Assembly (NCBI GenBank): GCA_937876905.1
Contig: CALEFI010000003.1
Location: 6,541 to 70,540, forward strand
Direction of reading: 5' to 3'
Source of the DNA: an uncultured Treponema sp.
GTDB taxonomy: Bacteria; Spirochaetota; Spirochaetia; Treponematales; Treponemataceae
DNA length: 64,000 nucleotides
Numbering within the stretch: the first letter of the stretch is position 1; each line of letters starts with the position of its first letter. Under the pieces are notes generated by a model. The model saw only the letters and a list, made by a program, of their open reading frames with translations, had not been told where the DNA came from and ran no database searches. The translations under genes were made by a program, and so were the position numbers. Shown here one piece after another: positions 1-6,801 of the stretch.

Positions 1-734
1 ACAATTTCTGCAATATCATGTAGCTCTTCTCGAGAATAACGATTAAAATCAATACAAGCATCAAACCTACGTAGTAATGCCTTGTCAAAAGAATCAAAAA
101 GATTTGTAGTTGCAATCATTACGATTTGGTCATTTAGATTATCCATTCCTTTTAAAACGGCAGAGGTAGCACGTCCCATTTCTCGTAAATCATTAGAATT
201 TGTTCTATCCAACGCAATTGAATCAATCTCATCAAAAAGAATAATCATTCTTTCAGGATGGACAACAGAATTAAGTTGGCAAAAAAGATTTGATATATTT
301 TTTGCTGTTTGTCCCAATTTACTATCAATTAAGTTATCAAAATCAACAACATATAATTCTCTAGAAAGAATACGAGCAATTTGTTTCACAGTTTCTGTTT
401 TTCCAGTACCGGGAGCCCCATAAAAAAGGTATTTATTAATTCCGACATTTTGTCCAATTGCATTTACGATGCCCAAAATATCATTTTTAATAATTTCCGG
501 AAGCGGTAGAGGTTCCTTTGAATATTCAATTCTATGTAAAAAGGAATTCTCATACTCATTCATTTGAGGAACAAAGGTATTTGCTTTAGAAAGAAGAGCC
601 ATGATATATTCTGCAAGTTCTCTATCTCCCGAAGAATTAAAATCATTTGCAATTGCATAGGCTTCATCTCTAAAAGAAACATCATTTCCTTCTGCATAGT
701 ATTTAATGAGATTGATTACATTTTTCTTTTTCAT
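1..734 (-). CDS. Classical AAA+ ATPase (FtsH/CDC48-type module after a ~100-aa N-terminal domain); 3' end runs off the window
   Basis: My reverse-strand translation starts at ATG 734 (MKKKNVINLIKYYAEG...), preceded by AAGAGGTG. Motifs: Walker A YGAPGTGKT, Walker B MIILFDEIDS, sensor-1 ATTN, ALLRRFD. It is absent from the ORF track because no stop lies in the window. The plus-strand ORFs 82-423 and 564-761 are antisense to it. Confidence 0.8.
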   Translation of the reverse strand, partial: MKKKNVINLIKYYAEGNDVSFRDEAYAIANDFNSSGDRELAEYIMALLSKANTFVPQMNEYENSFLHRIEYSKEPLPLPEIIKNDILGIVNAIGQNVGINKYLFYGAPGTGKTETVKQIARILSRELYVVDFDNLIDSKLGQTAKNISNLFCQLNSVVHPERMIILFDEIDSIALDRTNSNDLREMGRATSAVLKGMDNLNDQIVMIATTNLFDSFDKALLRRFDACIDFNRYSREELHDIAEI

Positions 735-754
735 AAGGTCACCTCTTATATGAA

Positions 755-783
755 AGTATAGCATACTAGGGACAAATTTACAA
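755..783 (-). promoter_or_regulatory. Putative sigma70-type promoter for the AAA+ ATPase gene
   Basis: On the minus strand: TTGTAA (783-778), 17-nt spacer, TATACT (760-755), about 20 nt upstream of the RBS and ATG. Confidence 0.35.
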
Positions 784-816
784 CATTTGGGACATTACTA
801 TTTAATATAAAAAATA

Positions 817-845
817 TTGACGATTGATTCTAATTTTTGTATATT
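817..845 (+). promoter_or_regulatory. Putative sigma70-type promoter for the small-ORF transcript
   Basis: TTGACG (817-822), 17-nt spacer, TATATT (840-845). This predicts a ~180-nt leader before ATG 1033. Confidence 0.4.
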
Positions 846-883
846 CAGGATGTATGTATAATACTGAGGAACGTCGTTCCAAT

Positions 884-953
884 AAAAAACCTCAGGCGGC
901 AACCTGAGGTAATAAAAGAAACATCTGACGGGCAGATATTTTCATAAAAAAAT
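884..953 (-). ncRNA. Candidate ~70-nt cis-antisense sRNA opposite the leader of the small ORF
   Basis: Minus-strand promoter-like TTGTAT (989-984), 17 nt, TAGAAT (966-961). There is an internal 5-bp hairpin (ATCTG/CAGAT around 923-937). A GC-rich 7-bp hairpin CCTCAGG-6nt-CCTGAGG (909-890) is followed by TTTTTT (889-884) on the minus strand. No minus-strand ORF here could use that terminator. Confidence 0.3.
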
Positions 954-1032
954 ATGAATGATTCTATCAGTTATTCCTTGAAAATACAACCCATACAGAT
1001 GTTTCCTACTTCATATAAAAAGGAGGAAGCTT

Positions 1033-1206
1033 ATGGCAAAAAATCCACCTGTTGGTGACAACCGTAGAAATGGTGCTGTTCGCAAGCGTTCACAAGTTTT
1101 GAATCCCAAAACGAAACAGTATGTGAAACGTGATGCTGAAACAGGCCGTTTTGTGGCTGTCAAAAAAGATGGAACACCATTTAAAGGTGTCAGAAAAGAA
1201 AAGTAA
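1033..1206 (+). CDS. Small, highly basic hypothetical protein (57 aa)
   Basis: AAAGGAGGAAGCTT-ATG at 1033. Translation: MAKNPPVGDNRRNGAVRKRSQVLNPKTKQYVKRDAETGRFVAVKKDGTPFKGVRKEK. It has 17 K/R residues of 57 and no hydrophobic segment. It falls below the ORF-track length cutoff. Confidence 0.6.
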   Translation: MAKNPPVGDNRRNGAVRKRSQVLNPKTKQYVKRDAETGRFVAVKKDGTPFKGVRKEK

Positions 1207-1219
1207 TTTTCTTATTTTC

Positions 1220-1265
1220 TCTCCCTTGCAAATTCAATAATAGCAAGGGAGAAATTTGTATTTTT
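1220..1265 (+). terminator. Intrinsic terminator/attenuator-like hairpin between the small ORF and the caspase gene
   Basis: 10-bp stem TCTCCCTTGC (1220-1229) / GCAAGGGAGA (1243-1252), followed by AATTTGTATTTTT. Confidence 0.5.
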
Positions 1266-1277
1266 GAGGAGAATAAT

Positions 1278-2246
1278 ATGGGACGAAAAGCTCTCGTAAT
1301 TGGTATTGATAATTATCAAACTGCACCTTTACACGGTTGTGTAAATGATGCAAAAGAAATCGCTTCTTTGTTAAAAAATAATGAAGATAACTCTAAAAAC
1401 TTTGATGTTCGTCTTGAATTAGATATTCAAAAAAAGGAAGAACTTTCAGATGCAATACAAGCTTTATTTAAAGGAGACGATGAAATTGCATTATTGTATT
1501 TTTCCGGACATGGAACAACAAAAGATGATGGTGAGTATCTCTGTACTCCAGACTACACACCTAATTATCCAGGCGTAAAACTATCCGATATTTCTACATG
1601 GATAGTTAATTCTAAATGTAAAAATAAAATTATTATCTTGGACAGTTGTTTTTCAGGAGGAATGGGTAATAATCCGATTATGGCAGACTGTGCAGAACTT
1701 GCTAAAGGAGTTACTATTCTGACAGCAAGTAAAAGTACAGAGTATTCTGTTGAATGTAATGGGCATGGCATTTTTACTTCTCTTTTGATTCAAACATTAA
1801 AAGGTAGTGCTGCCGATTTACTTGGCAATGTAACTATTGGCTCAATCTATGCCTATATTGATAAAGCTCTTGGACCTTGGGAACAAAGACCAGTATTCAA
1901 AACAAATGTTCATGAATTTGTTTCACTTCGTAAAGTAAAAGCTCCCATCGATTGTAAAGATTTGAAAACATTAAAGGATTTATTTACAAATTCGAAAGAA
2001 GAATTTCCTTTAAATCCTTCTTTCGAATTTACTAATAATCCAAAAGAAAAGCATTCTTATACGAAACCATATGCAACAGAAGAGAATGTTGAGAAGCTAA
2101 AACTATTACAACGCTTAGAACGAGTTGGACTTGTAGAGCCTGTTGATACCGAACATTTGTATTTTGCTGCAATGGAGTCAAAGTCGTGTAAATTAACAGC
2201 CTTAGGGCAATATTATCTTTTGCTTGCTCAGAAGGAAAGAATATAA
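1278..2246 (+). CDS. Caspase-like (peptidase C14 / metacaspase-fold) protease with an unassigned ~100-aa C-terminal domain
   Basis: The N-terminus ALVIGIDNY, His in LLYFSGHG (His78) and Cys in IIILDSCFSGG (Cys124) match the caspase catalytic dyad layout. RBS GAGGAG lies upstream. Confidence 0.85.
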   Translation: MGRKALVIGIDNYQTAPLHGCVNDAKEIASLLKNNEDNSKNFDVRLELDIQKKEELSDAIQALFKGDDEIALLYFSGHGTTKDDGEYLCTPDYTPNYPGVKLSDISTWIVNSKCKNKIIILDSCFSGGMGNNPIMADCAELAKGVTILTASKSTEYSVECNGHGIFTSLLIQTLKGSAADLLGNVTIGSIYAYIDKALGPWEQRPVFKTNVHEFVSLRKVKAPIDCKDLKTLKDLFTNSKEEFPLNPSFEFTNNPKEKHSYTKPYATEENVEKLKLLQRLERVGLVEPVDTEHLYFAAMESKSCKLTALGQYYLLLAQKERI

Positions 2247-2256
2247 GGAGAGAGAA

Positions 2257-2643
2257 ATGAAAAAGAGAGCATTTATTAGTTTTGATTACGATCATGATTA
2301 TGATATAAAACAATGTCTTGTTGGTCAGGCAAGAAATCCTGATTCACCTTTTGAAATTATTGACATGTCAATAAAAGAACCTATCAGTTCCAATTGGAAA
2401 GAAAATGCTAGACAAAGAATCAGAAGGTGCGATGTTGTTGTTATTTTGTGTGGTGAACATACAGATACAGCATCAGGAGTAACAGCAGAATTAACAATTG
2501 CTCAAGAAGAAGGAATACCTTATTTCTTACTTCGAGGACGTTCTAATAGACCTTGTGCATGGCCTAATCATCGATATTCGACTGACAAGATGTACAATTG
2601 GACATGGGATAACCTAAAACTGCTGTTTCCAGGAGCGAGATAG
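2257..2643 (+). CDS. TIR-like protein (DUF1863 / ThsB-type)
   Basis: MKKRAFISFDYDHDYD..., then CDVVVILCGEHT and SGVTAELTIA (conserved Glu). ATG 2257 with RBS AAGGAG lies 10 nt after the caspase stop. The track ORF start at 2224 overlaps the caspase gene and was not used. Confidence 0.8.
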   Translation: MKKRAFISFDYDHDYDIKQCLVGQARNPDSPFEIIDMSIKEPISSNWKENARQRIRRCDVVVILCGEHTDTASGVTAELTIAQEEGIPYFLLRGRSNRPCAWPNHRYSTDKMYNWTWDNLKLLFPGAR

Positions 2644-2645
2644 TC

Positions 2646-3122
2646 ATGAAAGTTTTTATCTCTCATCAGCAAAATGACTCAGAAATAGCAACACAAACAT
2701 ACAGAGAATTACAGTCATATAATGTGAAAGCTTACTTGGATGTTTTTGATAATGCTCTTGTTTCTAATAGTCAAGCACTAACTGAACATCTAAAAAGTAT
2801 TGTTAGGAAAAGTTCTGATATTCTAGTCGTAATGTCAGACAGAACTAAGTTATCTTGGTGGGTTCCATTTGAAATAGGAATTGCTGCAAATCAAGATTTA
2901 CCAACAGTAACTTATTTACAAAACTATGTCACTTTACCTGAATATCTAGATTATTGGCCACGATTGAAAAATCTATCAGATATTTCAAAATATGTTGCAG
3001 CAAGAAAAAATCGTTTACAAGAAGAAAATGTTCGCAAAAACTTAGACTCCTCTGTAGAAATGTTTAGTTATAAACCTTCCACAACAGAAGAATTCTACAA
3101 GAACTTAAAAGCTATGTTATAG
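2646..3122 (+). CDS. TIR-domain protein (TIR_2-like)
   Basis: MKVFISHQQNDSEIA..., DILVVMS, and SWWVPFEIG (W..E motif, Glu76). Starts 2 nt after the stop of the upstream TIR-like gene. Confidence 0.8.
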   Translation: MKVFISHQQNDSEIATQTYRELQSYNVKAYLDVFDNALVSNSQALTEHLKSIVRKSSDILVVMSDRTKLSWWVPFEIGIAANQDLPTVTYLQNYVTLPEYLDYWPRLKNLSDISKYVAARKNRLQEENVRKNLDSSVEMFSYKPSTTEEFYKNLKAML

Positions 3123-3132
3123 TAAGAACCTG

Positions 3133-3176
3133 TCTCTCTTAAAAACTTAACAAACTTTTAAGAGAGATATTTTTCT
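3133..3176 (+). terminator. Intrinsic terminator of the caspase/TIR operon
   Basis: 12-bp stem TCTCTCTTAAAA (3133-3144) / TTTTAAGAGAGA (3156-3167), followed by TATTTTTCTT. Confidence 0.55.
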
Positions 3177-3199
3177 TAGATAAACGATAATTTAGCAGC

Positions 3200-3286
3200 C
3201 TAAACCTGAACAGAATTTACATCTATTTCCCCACTCATCAACTTTGGTAGTAAAGTATCACGGAGAGAAATCAATCGTTCGTTTTC
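3200..3286 (-). pseudogene. Relic of an hsdS 3' end (last ~28 codons plus stop)
   Basis: Minus-strand translation ENERLISLRDTLLPKLMSGEIDVNSVQV* compared with the intact HsdS C-terminus ENIRLTQLRDTLLPKLMSGEIDVESVKI* (5571-5657). No upstream coding continuation. Confidence 0.6.
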
Positions 3287-3316
3287 ACAGACATTGTTGT
3301 AAATATGTTCTGTATT

Positions 3317-5503
3317 TTATTTTTCAAATGAACCAAATAATTCTTCTATATCTTGAAAATCAGAGAAATGTTCCTCAAACTCATAATCGTCTCTATCATA
3401 ATTTTCTTCCATTTCTTTTTCTTCTTTCTTTTCGAATAACTCAGTTAATGTATTTAAATGGACATCTGAAATAGGAAAACATAATTTTTCTAGATTCTCA
3501 AAAGATTCTTGAATTTGTTGAACATCATATGAACTTGAACCTGTATCAGAAGCCCAATCCATATCATTTTCTATACTTTTATTAATTATTTCATTTTTTA
3601 TTTTTTCAGGAAGAAAATTAATTTTTTCATTAATATGTAAATATAATAAACATTCTTCTGTCGTATCAACTTCTTTAAAATCTTGAAAAAGTTTTTCTTT
3701 CACATCGTCGGTAAATGATTGTATTGGAAAATTTATCATAATGTCTGTTAATGAAGAATTTAATTTTTCACCTTTAAGAAAAACATCTAAAACAGTATTA
3801 CAGAAAGATTGTTTTAGTTCTTTTAATTGATATTTTTCGATATATATTGAAATTAAACTAAGTCTTGATGTTTTTGATTTATAAGAACTACCTGTATTAT
3901 TTTTTCGTAGAGATTCATAGAAAATATTTTCACACAGCGAGTTTAAAATTCCAATCTTTTTGTCCTTTCCTATTATGTCATCTTTTAAGACATAGATTTT
4001 TTGATCCCAATATAATTGTTTTAAATCAAAAAATTCAGGTTCGATATCTTGATTTTCTGAAATTTTACCCTTTATATAATCAATCAAAGATGGATTATGA
4101 AATGAAATAAAGTTTTCATTCCCTTTCTTAGAAATTACAATAAATGAATTTTCTAGTTCACTTAGAGATTGATTAAATATATCTGTAAATTCACTTCTAG
4201 ATAGCGACGGATTACTTTTATTTAACCATAAGAAAGAAATCTTCCTTAAATCATCAATATAAATATTATCATTCAAAAAATAGAGGGTATATAAAATATA
4301 TTTACATTCTCGACTAATATGTTGATTAAAAGCTTTATCCCATATTTTCTTCGGATGATTTAAATTTGCTATAAAGCTCTTATAGTAATTTTCCGGACTC
4401 AAATTCTCATACTCACGAGCTCCTGTTTTTGTCATCCATTCTATTAATCGAGGAGAATAATTCTGATGATTGATAATTTTATTATATCGCTTATCTTCTA
4501 TTATAAATTTGCAGAAATTAACGGGAACATTTGAGAAATACAAGTGATTATATAAAATTTGAGCTTTTTGAAATGGAGAGTAATCAGATAATTTTAACAC
4601 TGATGATTTACCATCAAGAGAAGATAGCTTTTCACTCTGTTGTATACCTTGGTTAAAAATATATTCTCTTGTTGTTAAGATAAACTTTGTAGATTGGTTT
4701 AAAATTTGCAAAATTTTGGTATAATCATCAAACTCTCCTTTTTCTTCAAACTGTGTTGCCCCAAGAAAATCATCATAATAGAAAATTTGCTTTTCGTCTT
4801 TCTTTAAAAGATTAAAAAAATCTTTCAATTTTCTTATTTGTATAAAAGTATAACCAGATTTACAAAAATATAAGCAAAGCATTTCAGCCATAGTAGTTTT
4901 ACCGATTCCAGGGATTCCTGAAATAATACAAAAAAAGTTTGATTTTAATAAATTAATAGCTTTAGAATAATAATCATTTTTTACCCATAGTTTTATTTTA
5001 TCAGACCATATTTCTTTCGTAATTTCAGAACGTGTATATAAATCACTATGAATAATTCTTTCTAAAACAGAAGCACTATCCATCCATAATTTTGGATGCC
5101 TTTTTTCAATTTCTGGATATTTTGATAAGATTGAATTAATTGCAACAGAATCTATAATATCATCAGATTCAATTGGAAACTCAGAAAAGATTTCCAAAAT
5201 ACTATCTTTATTTGCTGCAGTAAGACTTAAAGAGGTTACAATTATATATTTAGATGGAGAAAGTTTTTTGAGTTTTTCTACTTCTGCTTTCAACCCTGAC
5301 TTCAATTGAGTAATACCAGATTTTTCATAATGTTTACATTGAACAATAATTCTATCATGACTCTTGAAACAGCGTAAATCAATTCCACCATCTCTACCTG
5401 ATGTAAAACTTTCAAACTCTTTTTGATATTTTGTTTCAACAATACTTTTTGCTAATTGTTCAAAATCAAATGGAGATAAATTTTGAAATGTATAATTTGG
5501 CAT
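3317..5503 (-). CDS. Mrr-like restriction-endonuclease domain fused to a STAND/NACHT-like P-loop NTPase with a helical C-terminal region (Avs-like)
   Basis: N-terminus SGRDGGIDL...IIVQCKHY (D...QxK nuclease motif). Walker A ISGIPGIGKTT and Walker B IFYYDDFLG. About 330 aa of C-terminal helical region with an acidic tail. ATG 5503 with RBS GAGGAGG; the track start at 5539 lacks an RBS. Confidence 0.8.
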   Translation of the reverse strand: MPNYTFQNLSPFDFEQLAKSIVETKYQKEFESFTSGRDGGIDLRCFKSHDRIIVQCKHYEKSGITQLKSGLKAEVEKLKKLSPSKYIIVTSLSLTAANKDSILEIFSEFPIESDDIIDSVAINSILSKYPEIEKRHPKLWMDSASVLERIIHSDLYTRSEITKEIWSDKIKLWVKNDYYSKAINLLKSNFFCIISGIPGIGKTTMAEMLCLYFCKSGYTFIQIRKLKDFFNLLKKDEKQIFYYDDFLGATQFEEKGEFDDYTKILQILNQSTKFILTTREYIFNQGIQQSEKLSSLDGKSSVLKLSDYSPFQKAQILYNHLYFSNVPVNFCKFIIEDKRYNKIINHQNYSPRLIEWMTKTGAREYENLSPENYYKSFIANLNHPKKIWDKAFNQHISRECKYILYTLYFLNDNIYIDDLRKISFLWLNKSNPSLSRSEFTDIFNQSLSELENSFIVISKKGNENFISFHNPSLIDYIKGKISENQDIEPEFFDLKQLYWDQKIYVLKDDIIGKDKKIGILNSLCENIFYESLRKNNTGSSYKSKTSRLSLISIYIEKYQLKELKQSFCNTVLDVFLKGEKLNSSLTDIMINFPIQSFTDDVKEKLFQDFKEVDTTEECLLYLHINEKINFLPEKIKNEIINKSIENDMDWASDTGSSSYDVQQIQESFENLEKLCFPISDVHLNTLTELFEKKEEKEMEENYDRDDYEFEEHFSDFQDIEELFGSFEK

Positions 5504-5513
5504 TTTTTCCTCC

Positions 5514-5570
5514 TCACAACTCCACCCCAATCTTCCCACTCATCAACTTTGCCAACAAAAACTCGTGGAA
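5514..5570 (-). pseudogene. Second degenerate relic of an hsdS 3' end, directly after the intact hsdS stop
   Basis: Minus-strand translation FHEFLLAKLMSGKIGVEL* resembles LLPKLMSGEIDVE. It shares an exact 17-nt core, CCCACTCATCAACTTTG, with relic 3200-3286. Its stop codon overlaps the RBS of the STAND gene. Confidence 0.5.
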
Positions 5571-6728
5571 TTATATTTTAACAGATTCAACATCTATTTC
5601 TCCAGACATAAGTTTTGGCAAAAGTGTATCACGGAGTTGTGTCAGTCGTATATTTTCTTGTTGCTTAAATAAAATTTGTTCATAAATCGATTCAACAATA
5701 TATGTAAATTTTTCAGAGTCAGTATTTGATAAAACGGTAATAGTTTCTGTTTCAAAATCTCTTGTTACAATGGCATCGAAAGTTGCTCCATTTGCTTTAT
5801 ATTTTAAAGAAGAAATCACTTCTAGTGTATAAAAATATGCCAGTAATTGATTGTTATCTTTACCTTTCAATGCATAACATGATTGATTCATAGCCATTGG
5901 TAAGCCTGCAAGACATACTTTGCCGACAGTTCCTCTGGCTGTTACAAAAATAGTATTTACTGGATATAACTTGCTATTGCAGTTTTCTAGTCCATTTTTG
6001 GTTATTGTCTTTTCCGTTATTAAGCAATAAGGATTTCCAACATCCTTGGGGGTAAAGAAAGGAATGTCTCCATTCCAATAATTTTCATTATTTGTTTTTG
6101 GAGTTCCTCCTCCCAAAATATCAATCACATCAGTGAATTTAACTAACTTGGAAGAATTATTTAAAAAACGCTTGAAAATCGCCTGTGCCTGCTGCTCCAA
6201 ATTATCGTTTATCTTATTGTTCAGCTCGATTTTATCGTCGAGGGAAGAAAGTATTGCGGCAATTTTTTGTTGCGTGGCAAGTGGTGGAAGATTGATTGAA
6301 AGATTTGTAACGACATCAGTTTGAACTCTTTGTCGCCCGGAAGAACCAACCATAGATTTTATTGCAGGTTCTCTGATTATAGAACTTGTAATAAGATAAT
6401 ATATAAAATATGGGTCTGAAATATTATCTTTTGCACGAAAAACTATATATTCTGTGGAACCAAAACCGATTTCGTTATCATCAAGAATATTTACCATTGC
6501 AGTTTTTCCATTTTCAAGACAAGGAGTAATTCGAGCCATAATTGTATCTTTATTTCTAAATTTTGCTCCACCAGAATATGCTTCAGTAGAAAAACTTGAA
6601 ATAGAGCGACAATAGGGTTGAAGTATATCCATACCTATTTTTTTTGCGATAGCCCCTTTTTTTATTGATTCTGTTGGATTTATTTCTACAACTTCTCCCA
6701 GCTTACATTCCTTCCAATCTTCTTTCAT
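5571..6728 (-). CDS. hsdS: Type I restriction-modification specificity subunit
   Basis: Two variable TRD halves are separated by the conserved LPPLATQQKIAAILSSLDDKIELNNKIN. The C-terminal conserved helix is LRDTLLPKLMSGEIDV. ATG 6728 with RBS AAGGAG; the N-terminal extension in the track ORF covers a repeat element. Confidence 0.85.
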   Translation of the reverse strand: MKEDWKECKLGEVVEINPTESIKKGAIAKKIGMDILQPYCRSISSFSTEAYSGGAKFRNKDTIMARITPCLENGKTAMVNILDDNEIGFGSTEYIVFRAKDNISDPYFIYYLITSSIIREPAIKSMVGSSGRQRVQTDVVTNLSINLPPLATQQKIAAILSSLDDKIELNNKINDNLEQQAQAIFKRFLNNSSKLVKFTDVIDILGGGTPKTNNENYWNGDIPFFTPKDVGNPYCLITEKTITKNGLENCNSKLYPVNTIFVTARGTVGKVCLAGLPMAMNQSCYALKGKDNNQLLAYFYTLEVISSLKYKANGATFDAIVTRDFETETITVLSNTDSEKFTYIVESIYEQILFKQQENIRLTQLRDTLLPKLMSGEIDVESVKI

Positions 6729-6744
6729 TTTACTACTCCTTTTC

Positions 6745-6781
6745 CCCAGATTTTGCGTAGCAAAATCGAATCCGTGTGGCA
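6745..6781 (+). repeat. 37-nt hairpin-containing repeat, copy A (identical to 19311-19347)
   Basis: CCCAGATTTTGCGTAGCAAAATCGAATCCGTGTGGCA, containing the 8-bp stem / 3-nt loop GATTTTGC-GTA-GCAAAATC. It lies in the hsdM-hsdS spacer, about 20 nt 3' of the hsdM stop. Confidence 0.8.
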
Positions 6782-6801
6782 ATATCCTCACTGGGCACGC
6801 C

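Noticed and set aside
82-761. Plus-strand track ORFs 82-423 and 564-761
   Set aside because: Their translations are low-complexity and AT-biased. They lie antisense to a minus-strand frame carrying complete AAA+ motifs (GAPGTGKT, DEID, ATTN, RRFD).
855-862. Alternative promoter TGTATAAT for the small-ORF transcript
   Set aside because: No acceptable -35 lies at 16-18 nt spacing, so the upstream TTGACG-17-TATATT is preferred. It remains possible as an extended -10 promoter.
3244-4110. Plus-strand track ORFs 3244-3474 and 3865-4110
   Set aside because: They are antisense to the Mrr/STAND gene or overlap the hsdS relic. Their translations are Phe/Leu/Ile-rich, as expected from AT-rich DNA.
3317-5503. 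Whether the gene after hsdS could be the missing HsdR
   Set aside because: It has no DEAD/ResIII helicase motifs. It has a single P-loop with a STAND-like Walker B and an Mrr-type nuclease instead.
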